64,000 bases of DNA from Longimicrobiales bacterium (GCA_965202985.1 CBDBCF010000001.1:288001-352000), one strand, 5' to 3'; positions 8,827 to 19,524 are shown, numbered from the stretch's first letter. The notes: generated from the letters alone by a model not told the origin. Numbers and translations: made by a program.

Positions 8827-8980
8827 GTGTTTGAACCTAACGTGATGTCCGCCCTGCCGCGACTGCCGGCCGATCCTTCGCGGGAGGCCGACTGGTCGGC
8901 CCAAGACCCCCTGTCACACCCCCTCGCTATCCTTCGCCGTTTTCTGTCTTCCCCCCGGAACCAGAAGGAACCGCGCCACC

Positions 8981-9568
8981 GTGACAGGCCCACCCCACTT
9001 CGCCCGCACCCAGACCCGCCGTCGCCGCGCCGCCACCCAGCCCACTGCCGTCCGCGACACGCTCTTCCCCCGCCCGGCTCCGCGCCTCCCTCGCCTCGCC
9101 TTGCTGGCCGCCACGGCACTCGCCGCCGGCCTGGCCACCGGATGCGCGGGCAAGTTCATGGATCGCGGGCCGAACCCGGCGTTCTGCGACACCTCCAAGG
9201 TCTACGCGGGGATCGACGCGGGCGTGGGGGCGGCGGCGCTCTTCTGGGGGCTCCAGGTCGACATGGACCGCATGACCAACCACTTCACCTTCAAGCGGCT
9301 GGAAGACGGATCGCTGGGCGGCGCTTACGAGGCGATCCAGCTGGCCGCGGGGGTCGTCGCGGGGGCGTCGTTCTTGGTCGAGGCGGGGCGCAGCTTCAAG
9401 GCCGCCAACCGCTGCATCCGCATCAAGCGCCTGCAGGACTCGCAGCGCAGGGACGCGGAGCAGACAGACACGCTCCGAACCAGGATGGACACGGCGACGG
9501 CGCCCGACCGAGCCGCGTTGGCGCGCGCCGAGATGCGGGCCGTCCGCAACAGGCTCCGCAATCGCTGA
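8981..9568 (+). CDS. Hypothetical lipoprotein/membrane protein
   Basis: Lipobox-like LATGC after a hydrophobic stretch, two further hydrophobic segments; stop overlaps the next start (TGATG). Confidence 0.6.
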   Translation: MTGPPHFARTQTRRRRAATQPTAVRDTLFPRPAPRLPRLALLAATALAAGLATGCAGKFMDRGPNPAFCDTSKVYAGIDAGVGAAALFWGLQVDMDRMTNHFTFKRLEDGSLGGAYEAIQLAAGVVAGASFLVEAGRSFKAANRCIRIKRLQDSQRRDAEQTDTLRTRMDTATAPDRAALARAEMRAVRNRLRNR

Positions 9569-11868
9569 TGCGTCTGGGTGCGCAGCAGCCAACTCCGACA
9601 AGCCGGCTGGCCACCACCTTCGCGCTTGCGACCATCGCCCTGGCAGTCGCGGCAACCGCCTCCTGCGACACGCCCGAGTTCGTGGACCCGTCCGGCCGGA
9701 CACCTCCGCCTCCGCCGCCGGTCGAGGGCTCCGTGTCCGGCGTCGTCCGCGTCGAGGGCCAGTCCACATCCGGCGTGCGCGCGTCCCTGACCCCGGGCAG
9801 CGCCTCCGACTGGACCGACGCGACCGGCTCGTTCCGCTTTGCCGGTCTGGACTCGGGTTCGTACACGGTCGCGATCACGCCGCCGCGCCTGACCGCCTTC
9901 GACAGCGTCGCCAAGCCGGCGACCGTGTCACGCGAGTCGCCGCACGTTGTCGTGGCGTTCAACGGCGCGTGGTTCCCCACGGCGTCGATCCGGGGCTTGG
10001 TCGCCATCGAAGGACAGCCGGCGGACCGCACGGTTCTCTTGACCGGCGACGCCATCGAGGCCGACCGCGAAGCGCCGGGCCCCGAGTTCGCCTTCGACAG
10101 CTTGCCGGCGGGACGCTACGTCCTGACCGCGCGGCCGCTGTCCACCGAGCCGGACCTTCGCTTCGACACGCTGGAGATCGAGTTGGAGCGCGCCCAGGCG
10201 GTGGTGGACACGGTGAACGGAGCTTGGCTTCGGACCGCCGCCATCCGCGGCTCCGTGGTCATCGACGGGCTGGAAGACCGCACCCCCGGAAGGCGCATCG
10301 TGCTCGAATCCGGCGTCCTCCCCGACGACAGCTTGGTGTTCGTGCTCGGGGGCTCCGGCGGCTTCGCCTTCAACGACTTGCGCGCCGCGTCGTATACGGT
10401 CACGGCACGCGCCGGCTCCGAAGAGGACGTGGCCTTCGACCTGACGCGCGTGAACGTGTCGCCCGGAGACACGATCCTGCAGAACGCCCGGGGCCGCTGG
10501 ATACGCGAGTCGGCGATCGAGGGCTACCTCACGATCGACGGCAAGCTGATCGAGCCCCTGCCGCACAGGGTCATCCGCCTCACGGCGCCGTTCCTGCCTT
10601 CGCCGTTGGAGTTTCTGTCGTCCAGGAGCCCGTCCACGAGCACGGCGTGGTTCGCGCGCGAGCGCCTGCGGTCCGGGCGCTACACGGTCACGGCCGTGCC
10701 GCTGAACCACGAAGCGGGACTTGTGTTCGACCGCGTGTCCGTCACGGTGGAGAACTACCGGGTGGGCCGCGTCGCCGTCAACGGCCAGTGGCAGGGCGGC
10801 CTGGCACAGGCCAACACCACCGCCTACCTGGTGCAGTCGATCCAGCGAAGAGACGGAGCGGTCGATCTTGTGCTCGGCAAGCCGACGCTGTTGCGGGCGT
10901 TCGTCACGTCCACGCTGCCCCGTCCGTGGCCCGATTCGGTGACCGCCGACATCGTGGTCGAGGTGCCCGGCGGCACGATTGCTCGGCGCTTTCGCCTGGA
11001 GCGCGGCCGGTCGCGCACCAATACGGGGCTGCCGGACGCGGTCAAGGAATGGTACTTGGGATCGTCCTACAACGTGCTGTTGCCCGACGGCATCGTCGTG
11101 CCCGGCAACGGCCTTCACGTCACCACGCAAGCCCACTTCGGCGCCGCCGCTCGGCAGTCCTTCAACACCGAGAGCCGCTTTCGCCACGATCAGCGGCGGG
11201 CGGTCCACGCGCCGGCGAAGGACTTTCGCGTCATCGTGGTTCCTTTCCACACAGGCGACCAGGAGGCGAACGCAAGGCTGGACGCCCGCGTCGGGGGCCT
11301 GAACCGGCGGGACCCGTTCTTCGCGCTGGCGCTGGAGGCGTTGCCGCTGGGGGTCTTTTCGCTCGACGTGCGCGATCCCGTCAGGATCGACCCGACCGCC
11401 TACGGCTCGATCTGCTCGTGGCTCGGCGTGCTGGACGAACGGAGGCACGGCGACCAGACCAGCTTCTACTACGGCGTCTTCGACTACTACGCCGACGACG
11501 TGGGCGGGCCGTACGCGGGTTGCGCGTGGCTGGGCTTCCCGACCACCGTCGGCTTCATCAGCACGACCGACCCCGGCCGAGCCGCCGGCACGTTCGCCCA
11601 CGAGATCGGCCACAACCTGTCGCTTATGCACGCGCCCTGCGGCAACCCGTCCGGCGTCGATCCCAACTTCCCCTACCTGGGCGGCTCGATCGGCGTCTGG
11701 GGCTACCGGGCGTCCACCGGCGAAGTGGTGCCCCACGACATGCCCGACCTAATGAGCTATTGCGGGGGCGGCAACGAGTGGATCAGCGACTACCACTTCG
11801 AGCGGGCCTTGGATTTCGTGAACACCGCTTGGTCCAAGCGCGACGGACCCAAGATCGCGATCCCGTAG
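9568..11868 (+). CDS. Lipoprotein with repeated beta-sandwich (carboxypeptidase-regulatory-like) domains and a C-terminal M66-like zinc metallopeptidase
   Basis: Signal ending AATASC; four repeats of the type A.I.G.V.IDG...F..L..G.Y.VT; HEIGHNLSLMHAPCG zinc motif and DLMSYC Met-turn. Confidence 0.8.
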   Translation: MRLGAQQPTPTSRLATTFALATIALAVAATASCDTPEFVDPSGRTPPPPPPVEGSVSGVVRVEGQSTSGVRASLTPGSASDWTDATGSFRFAGLDSGSYTVAITPPRLTAFDSVAKPATVSRESPHVVVAFNGAWFPTASIRGLVAIEGQPADRTVLLTGDAIEADREAPGPEFAFDSLPAGRYVLTARPLSTEPDLRFDTLEIELERAQAVVDTVNGAWLRTAAIRGSVVIDGLEDRTPGRRIVLESGVLPDDSLVFVLGGSGGFAFNDLRAASYTVTARAGSEEDVAFDLTRVNVSPGDTILQNARGRWIRESAIEGYLTIDGKLIEPLPHRVIRLTAPFLPSPLEFLSSRSPSTSTAWFARERLRSGRYTVTAVPLNHEAGLVFDRVSVTVENYRVGRVAVNGQWQGGLAQANTTAYLVQSIQRRDGAVDLVLGKPTLLRAFVTSTLPRPWPDSVTADIVVEVPGGTIARRFRLERGRSRTNTGLPDAVKEWYLGSSYNVLLPDGIVVPGNGLHVTTQAHFGAAARQSFNTESRFRHDQRRAVHAPAKDFRVIVVPFHTGDQEANARLDARVGGLNRRDPFFALALEALPLGVFSLDVRDPVRIDPTAYGSICSWLGVLDERRHGDQTSFYYGVFDYYADDVGGPYAGCAWLGFPTTVGFISTTDPGRAAGTFAHEIGHNLSLMHAPCGNPSGVDPNFPYLGGSIGVWGYRASTGEVVPHDMPDLMSYCGGGNEWISDYHFERALDFVNTAWSKRDGPKIAIP

Positions 11869-11879
11869 CCTCCGGAAAG

Positions 11880-12206
11880 CTATGCTTGCACGCTCTCCAG
11901 TGCCCGCTCGAAGCTGACCAGCCGGCGGATCAGGGCGTTGTAGCGCGAGTGGGCGTCCGCCGGGTGCCGGCGCTCAATGGCAAGGTACAGCGCGATCTCC
12001 GGCGACGTGTCCGGCGGCGATGTCGACGGCACGTCCAGCCCCGCGGCCCGGAGCCTCGGCGCCCCGACCAGCACCAGCAATGCCTCGACGGTAATGTCGC
12101 CCCGGCGCAACGCTTCAAGCCCGGACGCCACCAACTCCGCTCCAGGCAAGTTGCACGGAAACGGCAACGGCTCGGCCGCCGAGGTTGGGCCGCGCGCGTC
12201 GGTCAC
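11880..12206 (-). CDS. Conserved hypothetical protein, partner of the DUF6036-like nucleotidyltransferase
   Basis: LPGAELV..GL..L...EALLVLVGAPRL and AHSRYNALIRRLVSFERAL; 4-bp overlap with the upstream gene. Confidence 0.65.
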   Translation of the reverse strand: MTDARGPTSAAEPLPFPCNLPGAELVASGLEALRRGDITVEALLVLVGAPRLRAAGLDVPSTSPPDTSPEIALYLAIERRHPADAHSRYNALIRRLVSFERALESVQA

Positions 12207-12757
12207 TTGCTCCCGGCCTGTCCAGACGTCATTGCGGCCACTGCGCCTTCAAGCTTCGTCCGAAAGCAGTGTGCGGTAATGGCGGGGTAGCGCACAAGTT
12301 CGGGTTCGATCTCTTTGAAGAACGACGCCAGCCGGACCGGGGCGATCAGATCCAGCGCGTGCATGGCCTGGACATCGCGCAAGTCTTGTACATGTCCGCG
12401 TTCGATCTTGGCCAGCGCCTGGCCGTAGAAGTCGTAGTGAAAGAAGTCGACAAGCCCCTCCCGCGATATGAAGCGGCTCCGCTCTCGCCACCCCGGCACG
12501 GGCGGCACGAAGTCGTCGGGAGCCGACAGTTCCACGTTGATCTTCAACGCCTCCTTGGCTCGGGCGATCGCGTCCAGCGCTCCCAGCGGCTCAGGGTCCA
12601 GCTTCAGGTCCACATCGATCGTCGTGTCGCGCCAACCCAGAAGCACCGCCGAACTTCCGCCCACCAAGTAGACGCACCCGCCGCTGCGCGACTCTGCGCC
12701 GATCCGTCGCATGAGCCCCCGCACTTGAAGGGCGCCCGTCGTACCGCGCCCGTGCAC
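12203..12757 (-). CDS. DUF6036-like / AbiEii-related nucleotidyltransferase
   Basis: YLVGGSSA...RDTTIDVD (GG..S/DxD) and KIERGHVQDLRD; start codon uncertain. Confidence 0.75.
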   Translation of the reverse strand: MHGRGTTGALQVRGLMRRIGAESRSGGCVYLVGGSSAVLLGWRDTTIDVDLKLDPEPLGALDAIARAKEALKINVELSAPDDFVPPVPGWRERSRFISREGLVDFFHYDFYGQALAKIERGHVQDLRDVQAMHALDLIAPVRLASFFKEIEPELVRYPAITAHCFRTKLEGAVAAMTSGQAGSK

Positions 12758-12794
12758 GCCGCCCGAGTTGCTCAGGTCGCCCGGGCCGCCCGGC

Positions 12795-13484
12795 CTAGTC
12801 ACCCGTCGCCGGCCCGCCGTCCGACAGTTGCGCGACCAGCGCATCCAGGACCCGCCGCGAGGTCCGCTCTTCGCGCCCGAACGCGTACTTCCACGGCCCC
12901 AACGCCGCCAAGACGCCGCCCGCCAACGCCGCCGGCACGACCACGACCGCCGTCGCCGCCCCCAACGCCGCGGTCAGCGCGCCCGTAGCGGCCGCGGCAA
13001 TGGGACCCACGCCGCCGCCGAGCACGAGCAACCCGTCCCGGTAGTTGCCGAGCACGCGAATGCGGGTCGCGTTCCCCTCCGGCCGTATGGAGACGTAGCG
13101 CCCTCCCATGGCGCTTCGGGCACGCCATTCGAAGCCGCCCAGCACCTCCTCCACGATCCCTTGGCGCGCGAACTCGCTCCGAATCAGGTTCAGCAACTCG
13201 GGCAGGCGCTCCCGGGTCAGCGGCACCGGCACGCGCCGTTCCAGCTGCACCGTCGTGGGCATCCCCAGCACCGCCCCGGTCACGGGCCGCGGACGCCGCA
13301 ACGCCAACGACCCCGCCGCCGTTTCTATGCGGGTCGCGTCGATCCCCGCTTCCGCCCCGATCTCCTTCAGTTCGGCAAGGGTCAGCCCCCGCCCCGGCTC
13401 GCCCTCCGAACCGTCCGCCGCGGGGTCCACCGCCCGCCGCAAGATCAAGGCCACCTCTTCGTCGCTGTAACGACGTTCCGCCAT
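12795..13484 (-). CDS. Hypothetical membrane protein
   Basis: RRYSDEEVALILRRA...GLTLAELKEIGAEAGID N-terminus and two C-terminal hydrophobic segments; GGAGG RBS. Confidence 0.7.
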   Translation of the reverse strand: MAERRYSDEEVALILRRAVDPAADGSEGEPGRGLTLAELKEIGAEAGIDATRIETAAGSLALRRPRPVTGAVLGMPTTVQLERRVPVPLTRERLPELLNLIRSEFARQGIVEEVLGGFEWRARSAMGGRYVSIRPEGNATRIRVLGNYRDGLLVLGGGVGPIAAAATGALTAALGAATAVVVVPAALAGGVLAALGPWKYAFGREERTSRRVLDALVAQLSDGGPATGD

Positions 13485-13511
13485 CTGGTTCCCCGCCTCC
13501 TCCCCGTCCCT

Positions 13512-15977
13512 TCAGTTGTTGATCCCGGCCAGCGCCTCCAGCCGCGCCCGGGCCTCGTCGAACACGCTCGTCAGCTTGGGAATCGCAGTGTCGCCGTAGC
13601 CCGCTTCCAGCCGCGCACGCGACGTCGCCAGCACTTCCAGAAGCTCGCGAGCAGCGGACCGACGCGCCACGGGGTCCGTGCTTCCGCGCTCGCCGATCCA
13701 CACGGGCGCGGTGTGGGCAAAGGGCGACGTGTCCATCGACGGCCAGCGGGTCTCGCCGCCCTGGGCGCGAGCGGCGATCCATCCGCCGGCGGGCAGTTCC
13801 AAGGCACCCTCGTACTCGCGGCTCCCCGGAGCGTCCAAGCCGGCTCCGCTCCAGGCGACTTGGCCATTGACAAGCACCTCCACCTGCGAAACGGGCGTGG
13901 CGCTGGCCATCTCCAGCGACCAGCGCACGCGACCCGGCCCCGCGACGCCGCCCGGCCCCGCGACGATGTCCCCGCTCTCCACGCGAAAGTCCAGGAACGG
14001 GCCGTTGGTCACGAACGAACGCCCCTCGCGAAGCCCGTCCAAGTACGCCGGCCAGTTCGTCGCGCCGCCGGTCTGCACGTACACACGGGTCGTGCCCAGC
14101 GCCATTGTGCGGTACAGGTTGAGCATGACGTCGGTTCCGGCCGAAGGCGCCACCTCCAATCCCAGGTTCAGAAGCCGATGCCACAGGGCGGCGGTGCCCT
14201 CGAAGCTGCTCCACAGGCACATGATCTCCAGGGCGTCCACATGGCCCAGCACGGCGTCCGCCACCAGCTCGACGGGGACCCGGCCCCGACCCTCTTCCGA
14301 GAACGGGTCGGCCACGGCCACCGGGTGCACGTAGTAGCCCATTCCGCCATTGCGGCGCGCAAACGACAGCACCTCGGCGTTGCTCCGGTCGTCGGCGCCG
14401 AACACTTCGTAGCCGGGACCCCAGACCCACGGCCAGTGCAGGCCCGGCACTTCCAGCAGCCCCACGTGTCCCAGGAAGTGCGAACGAACCTCCTGCCCGA
14501 AGCGGACCAGCGGCGGCCCGCTCGGCGTCTCCCACCCCCACATTTCCTGGTCCTCGTACCGGTTGTGAAGGTTTGCCAGCAAGGGCGTGGCCATGTCCAG
14601 ATCTTCCCCTCGCATCTTGAGCAGCATGTCCTCCGGCGACAGGTCGTAGGGTCCGCCGTAGTTCAGGTGGAAGTGGTGGTCCCCGGAGACCCAGCCGGTT
14701 GCGCGCGCGTCCCAAACCGGGTCCAGGTCCAGCACCACTTCGGCAACTTCTCCGGCCGTCGTCACGACGCTTGCGCTCGACTCCGGCGTAGCCAAGCCCC
14801 ACACTGCGGACACGCGCGTCCGGCCCGCCGGCACGACTACCTCCACCAGTCCGGGACTGTAGAAGAAGACTCGACCGTTGGCGCCGTCGAAGTGGGGGGC
14901 GCCGATCTCCGGAAGCGCCGGATGGCCGGATTCGTCCACGGCGCTCAGGCGGGCCGGGACCGTTCCTTCCTCCCCGGCGACCCGCGTCCGAATGCGCAAT
15001 CGGGACATTGCCGCGCCCGGCCCCCAGTCCCAAGCGCGCACGATCACGTTCTCGACCGGACCGCCCGTGCTCGGCACGCGCCTCAGGCCCACCCGCTCCT
15101 GCTCGTCGGCCTGCGCGAAGTAGACCCAGCGGCCGTCCGCGCTCCAGGCCGGCGCCAGCGGCGGCACGTCCCCGGCGAACAACCGCACGGGCGCTCCGGG
15201 CCGGGCCAGGTCGTGAAGGCGCAGCTCCCAGCCGTCGGGGCCGGGCCAGTTGAGAGCGAAGGAGCGTCCGTCGGGGTGGAGCGCTGGTCGCGCCATCGAC
15301 GCGATGCTTCCCGAGACGAGGGGCCGGGCGCTTTCCGCGGTGCGGAGCTCAACGCGATCGCCGCCGCGCTTGGCCAGCACCAGAATGCCCGCCCCGTCGG
15401 CCAGCGGCTGGGGCCGCATCTCGAGACCGGGGTCGGAGGTGAGGGGCCGGGCGTCCCCCGTGGCCATGTCGGTGACCCAGACGTCGAGGGTTCCCGCTTG
15501 CCCAGAGGTGTAGAAGAGGACGTCGCCGTCGGGCTGCCAGGCCGGGTCCAGGTCGAGCGCGGGCGTGTCGATGAAGGCCAGCTCGACGCCGGATTGGGCA
15601 TCGGCGATCACGATGCGAGTGTCGGCGCCGTCGTCACGCACGAAGGCGATTCGGTCGCCGTCGGGGCTCCACGCCGGGCGAAAGTCCATGCCGCCCCCGC
15701 TCGTCAACCGTCGGGCGATCCCCGACTCCAGGTCCATGACCCATATCCAGCCCCGCGCCGAGAACGCCAGTCGCCGCCCGTCGGGCCCCGGCGCCGGGTC
15801 CATTGGGCCAACCGTCAAGACGGGCAACTCGTATCCTTCCAGGTAGACGTGATGTCCGTACCCCTCCACCCTGGGATACCGATTCCGCCATTGCGCCGCG
15901 CCGGCCACCGGAACCGCGCCGACCAGCAGGGTCAGTAGCGCCGTTGCAGCAACCGCGCGCCAAGTCTCTTGCCTCAT
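13512..15977 (-). CDS. Secreted TolB-like beta-propeller + CehA/McbA-type PHP metallohydrolase
   Basis: Signal peptide, PAWSPDG repeats, GDHHFH, YYVHP, AGTD, GRSFVTNGP. Confidence 0.85.
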   Translation of the reverse strand: MRQETWRAVAATALLTLLVGAVPVAGAAQWRNRYPRVEGYGHHVYLEGYELPVLTVGPMDPAPGPDGRRLAFSARGWIWVMDLESGIARRLTSGGGMDFRPAWSPDGDRIAFVRDDGADTRIVIADAQSGVELAFIDTPALDLDPAWQPDGDVLFYTSGQAGTLDVWVTDMATGDARPLTSDPGLEMRPQPLADGAGILVLAKRGGDRVELRTAESARPLVSGSIASMARPALHPDGRSFALNWPGPDGWELRLHDLARPGAPVRLFAGDVPPLAPAWSADGRWVYFAQADEQERVGLRRVPSTGGPVENVIVRAWDWGPGAAMSRLRIRTRVAGEEGTVPARLSAVDESGHPALPEIGAPHFDGANGRVFFYSPGLVEVVVPAGRTRVSAVWGLATPESSASVVTTAGEVAEVVLDLDPVWDARATGWVSGDHHFHLNYGGPYDLSPEDMLLKMRGEDLDMATPLLANLHNRYEDQEMWGWETPSGPPLVRFGQEVRSHFLGHVGLLEVPGLHWPWVWGPGYEVFGADDRSNAEVLSFARRNGGMGYYVHPVAVADPFSEEGRGRVPVELVADAVLGHVDALEIMCLWSSFEGTAALWHRLLNLGLEVAPSAGTDVMLNLYRTMALGTTRVYVQTGGATNWPAYLDGLREGRSFVTNGPFLDFRVESGDIVAGPGGVAGPGRVRWSLEMASATPVSQVEVLVNGQVAWSGAGLDAPGSREYEGALELPAGGWIAARAQGGETRWPSMDTSPFAHTAPVWIGERGSTDPVARRSAARELLEVLATSRARLEAGYGDTAIPKLTSVFDEARARLEALAGINN

Positions 15978-16179
15978 GTCTCTGCCTTTCGCCCCGGGCA
16001 CTATTCGCGATCCCCCAGCATCGGCCCCGAGGACCGTCTCTGGCAAGCGCGCGCCGCCGGCCTTGACACATGCTCGCGACGAGCGCGACAGTTTGGACCA
16101 GTTCGACAGTTACCCACTTTGCGAGGCGAGCGCGACGGTCACGGCGGAGTCGCCCCGCAATGCAAAACGGAGACGAACC

Positions 16180-16794
16180 ATGAACGCATTCCCTACCCCG
16201 ATTCGCCCGACCCTCTCCCCGCTTGCGCCCGCATACCGCAGCTCGCTCGCCTTCCGAAGCCTCCCCGCGCTCGGCAGACTCCTCGCCCTCGGCAGCTTCC
16301 TCCCCTTCCGCAGCTCCCTCGCCCTCGGCGGCTTGCTCGCCCTGGGCCTGACCGCGATTCTCGCCCCAGCGACAGCTCAAGCGCCTCCGGCCCCCGACGG
16401 CCACGGCAACATCTTCCACGACGGCAGCGCCCTCGCCTGGGGCGAGCCCGACAACGGCGTCCGCTTCCTGCCCCTCTACGGCAGCTACGACCAGGAGGGC
16501 GAGTCCTTCGCCTTTCGACTGCACGTCCAGCCCGGATTCGAACTCGGACCCCACACCCATCCGGGCGTGGAGCATCTGACGATCCTCTCGGGAAGCCTCT
16601 TCGTGGGCATCGGCGAGACCATGGATCGGGCGGCAGCCATCGCCTATGGACCGGGCAGCTACCTGGCGATCGGCGCCGGCGTGGCGGCGTACATGTGGGC
16701 TGCGGAAGAAACGGTGGTGCAAGTCCACGGGATCGGCCCGTTTTCGACCGACTTCGTGGAGCCGGTCGGCAACCCATCTCGCCCACGCAGGTGA
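16180..16794 (+). CDS. Secreted cupin-domain protein
   Basis: PHTHPGVEHLTILSG and TVVQVHGIGPF; signal region extended by repeats. Confidence 0.8.
   Translation: MNAFPTPIRPTLSPLAPAYRSSLAFRSLPALGRLLALGSFLPFRSSLALGGLLALGLTAILAPATAQAPPAPDGHGNIFHDGSALAWGEPDNGVRFLPLYGSYDQEGESFAFRLHVQPGFELGPHTHPGVEHLTILSGSLFVGIGETMDRAAAIAYGPGSYLAIGAGVAAYMWAAEETVVQVHGIGPFSTDFVEPVGNPSRPRR
16237..16344 (+). repeat. 6 x 18-bp degenerate tandem repeat in the cupin signal region
   Basis: RSSLAF/RSLPAL/GRLLAL/GSFLPF/RSSLAL/GGLLAL. Confidence 0.8.
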
Positions 16795-17351
16795 CGCTCT
16801 CCCGTCGCCGCCCCCCGACCCGCGGCCACTCGGGCGCGGGCATGGGCGCGGTCCTGGCCATTGCCCTGCCCGCCGTGTGCGCTTCGTCGTGCATCCCGTC
16901 GGAGGCGCCCACGCTGAGCCGCGGCGACCCCGCGCCCGACTTCGCCGCCGTGTCACTGAAGGGTGGATTCCCCGTGTCCTTGGGCGACTACCGCGGTCAC
17001 ACGCTGCTAGTAAACCTGTGGGCGACCTGGTGCGAGCCCTGCAAGACCGAGACGCCCTACCTTCAGTCGCTCTACGAGGAGCATCGCGACAGGGGCTTGC
17101 GCATTCTGGGCGTGTCCGTGGACCGCAAGGCCGACCTGCGCGCCGTGGCCGACTTCGCCCGGGACATGGGCGTCGAATACGACATTGCGCTGGATCCCAC
17201 GGCAACGTCGAGAGAGGCGTTCCGCGCCCGGGGCCTGCCCACGTCGGTCCTGATCGACCGCGAAGGCGTCGTCTACTTCAGCTGGATCGGCCCGGTGCCC
17301 GAAGACGACCCGACCTTCCTGGCCGGCCTGAACGACGTGCTATCGCGCTGA
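16791..17351 (+). CDS. TlpA/ResA-like thiol-disulfide reductase
   Basis: LVNLWATWCEPCK and GLPTSVLIDREG; GTGA overlap with the cupin stop. Confidence 0.9.
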   Translation: MTLSRRRPPTRGHSGAGMGAVLAIALPAVCASSCIPSEAPTLSRGDPAPDFAAVSLKGGFPVSLGDYRGHTLLVNLWATWCEPCKTETPYLQSLYEEHRDRGLRILGVSVDRKADLRAVADFARDMGVEYDIALDPTATSREAFRARGLPTSVLIDREGVVYFSWIGPVPEDDPTFLAGLNDVLSR

Positions 17352-17549
17352 ATCGCCCCGCGCCCGCTTTCTTATCCACATCACGAAGCCCCCGACCATC
17401 CCCAGCGGCAACAGCGTGAGCAAACCCGTTGTCGCCAGGAATGCGATCCGCGCCTCGTCGTCGCGGTCGAAGCAGACGGGGCACGCATAGGCAAGGTCGG
17501 GCGACAAAGCGAGCAACCCGACGGCGCACGCCAGTGCGGCCAAAGGCAT
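17340..17549 (-). CDS. Small membrane protein with ACPVC motif, last gene of the oxidase operon
   Basis: Signal-like N-terminus, CxxC, one C-terminal TM helix. Confidence 0.65.
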   Translation of the reverse strand: MPLAALACAVGLLALSPDLAYACPVCFDRDDEARIAFLATTGLLTLLPLGMVGGFVMWIRKRARGDSAR

Positions 17550-17562
17550 CCTCGCACGCACG

Positions 17563-18162
17563 CTACAAGTACACCTGCAGGTACAGGAAGGGCCAAACCA
17601 GCACCACGAAGTACCAGAACAGCGCCACGGTGGACAGCGTCTCCTTGGCCAAGCGGCCCGCGCGCAACCGCCCCCAGGCCCACGCCAGCGCGCAGATCGC
17701 AACGACCGCGTGCAACGCGTGGGCACCGATGATCGTGTAGAAGAGGCTGCCGTAGGTGGAAGAAGTCAGCGTGAGTCCTTCCGCGAGCAGCGCCGCCCAT
17801 TCCACGCCCTGCAAGGCCACGAAGGCGCCCCCGAGCAGCGTCGCCAGCAACAACAGAACGCCGACCCCCTTCTGCCGGTCCCGCTGGTACGCCCGGTGCG
17901 CCACCAGCAGCAGAACGCCGCTCAGAACGAGCGCGCCGGTGTTGACGGCGGTTCGCTCGAAGGGAAGGCGCGGCTGGCCCGGCGGTGGCCACACCGAACC
18001 CAGCGCCCGCGACTTCACGATCACGAACGCGGATATGAAGCCCGCAAAGAGCATCACCTCCACGAACACGATCAGGATCATCCCCATCACGCCGTTGGAG
18101 AGCAGCTTGTCCGGCTTGCGCGGGCGAGGCCGGAACGGAAGGATCGTCGCGTCCGCGGTCAC
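17563..18162 (-). CDS. ctaE: Cytochrome c oxidase subunit III-like (second copy)
   Basis: GMILIVFVEVMLFAGF, NTGALVLS, HALH, FWYFVVLVW. Confidence 0.85.
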   Translation of the reverse strand: MTADATILPFRPRPRKPDKLLSNGVMGMILIVFVEVMLFAGFISAFVIVKSRALGSVWPPPGQPRLPFERTAVNTGALVLSGVLLLVAHRAYQRDRQKGVGVLLLLATLLGGAFVALQGVEWAALLAEGLTLTSSTYGSLFYTIIGAHALHAVVAICALAWAWGRLRAGRLAKETLSTVALFWYFVVLVWPFLYLQVYL

Positions 18163-18181
18163 GGCAGTCGGCCCTCCCTCC

Positions 18182-18949
18182 CTATGCCTCGCGCCGCCGC
18201 CCGGCCCGCCACTCCCGAAGCCCCTTCAGCGTCTCCAGGATCAGCAGTCCGGCGCCGATGCTGAGCAGGATCGCCACGGCGTTGGTCCCGACGGCCACGA
18301 GCCCCACCACCGACCAGAACGCCGCATGCGTGAAGTTGTACCCGCCCGGCAGCAGGTTGGCGTTGGACTTGGCGGTGGGCACCAGCCCGGCCTCCGAGCC
18401 GCCGGCATCGCCGTCCGAACCGTGCGTCGCTTCGCTGTCGTGCGCGTCCGTCGTCCCGGCAGCCTCGGCGTCGTGGGTCGTTCCGGCCTCGCCGGCAGCT
18501 CCCGCATCGTGCGCTTCCCCCTCGTCCCCATGGGCCTCCGGCTCCGAAATCCCGCGCGCGACCGCCGCCTGCGCGGCCACGTTCTCCCAGTTGGCGCCGG
18601 CGTGGTTCTGCACGTCGGGCGCAATGCCGCCCCAGAAGAGCGCCAAGAGCAGCACCGACGCCGCCAGGAACCACTTCGCAATCGGCCGCTCGATCGACAG
18701 ATGCATGAAGTGCTTGACGACCAGCCACGCCTTCACCACCGCGATCCCGAACGCCGTCACCAACGTCACGAACGTGGCCACGCGGATGCCCAGTCCGGGG
18801 AACTGGCCTTCGCCCAGCCTGGGCGCCACCATGGGGCCCACGATGCTGATCGCCAGGAGCCCCATTAGGATCAGGTAGATCTTGACGTAGTGGTTGGAAA
18901 GCCAGCCGCCGGAGCGGGCGTCGGAACCGGAGTTGGAGTGCGCGGCCAT
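18182..18949 (-). CDS. Cytochrome c oxidase subunit IV family protein with long His/acidic extension
   Basis: IAVVKAWLVVKHFMHL subunit IV motif, then an EAHG/AHDA-rich linker and further TM helices. Confidence 0.75.
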   Translation of the reverse strand: MAAHSNSGSDARSGGWLSNHYVKIYLILMGLLAISIVGPMVAPRLGEGQFPGLGIRVATFVTLVTAFGIAVVKAWLVVKHFMHLSIERPIAKWFLAASVLLLALFWGGIAPDVQNHAGANWENVAAQAAVARGISEPEAHGDEGEAHDAGAAGEAGTTHDAEAAGTTDAHDSEATHGSDGDAGGSEAGLVPTAKSNANLLPGGYNFTHAAFWSVVGLVAVGTNAVAILLSIGAGLLILETLKGLREWRAGRRREA

Positions 18950-18958
18950 ATCAGTCGC

Positions 18959-19524
<566 letters not shown>

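Noticed and set aside
8794..9567. N-terminal extension of the 1024-aa ORF (likewise those of ORFs 22196..24373, 23747..27514, 33011..34759, 56894..58918, 59476..61992)
   Set aside because: The extensions overlap other supported genes; downstream starts give signal peptides, RBS or stop-start coupling
12768..15938. 1056-aa ORF on +
   Set aside because: Antisense to well-supported genes; Arg/Pro/Gly-rich with no recognisable motifs
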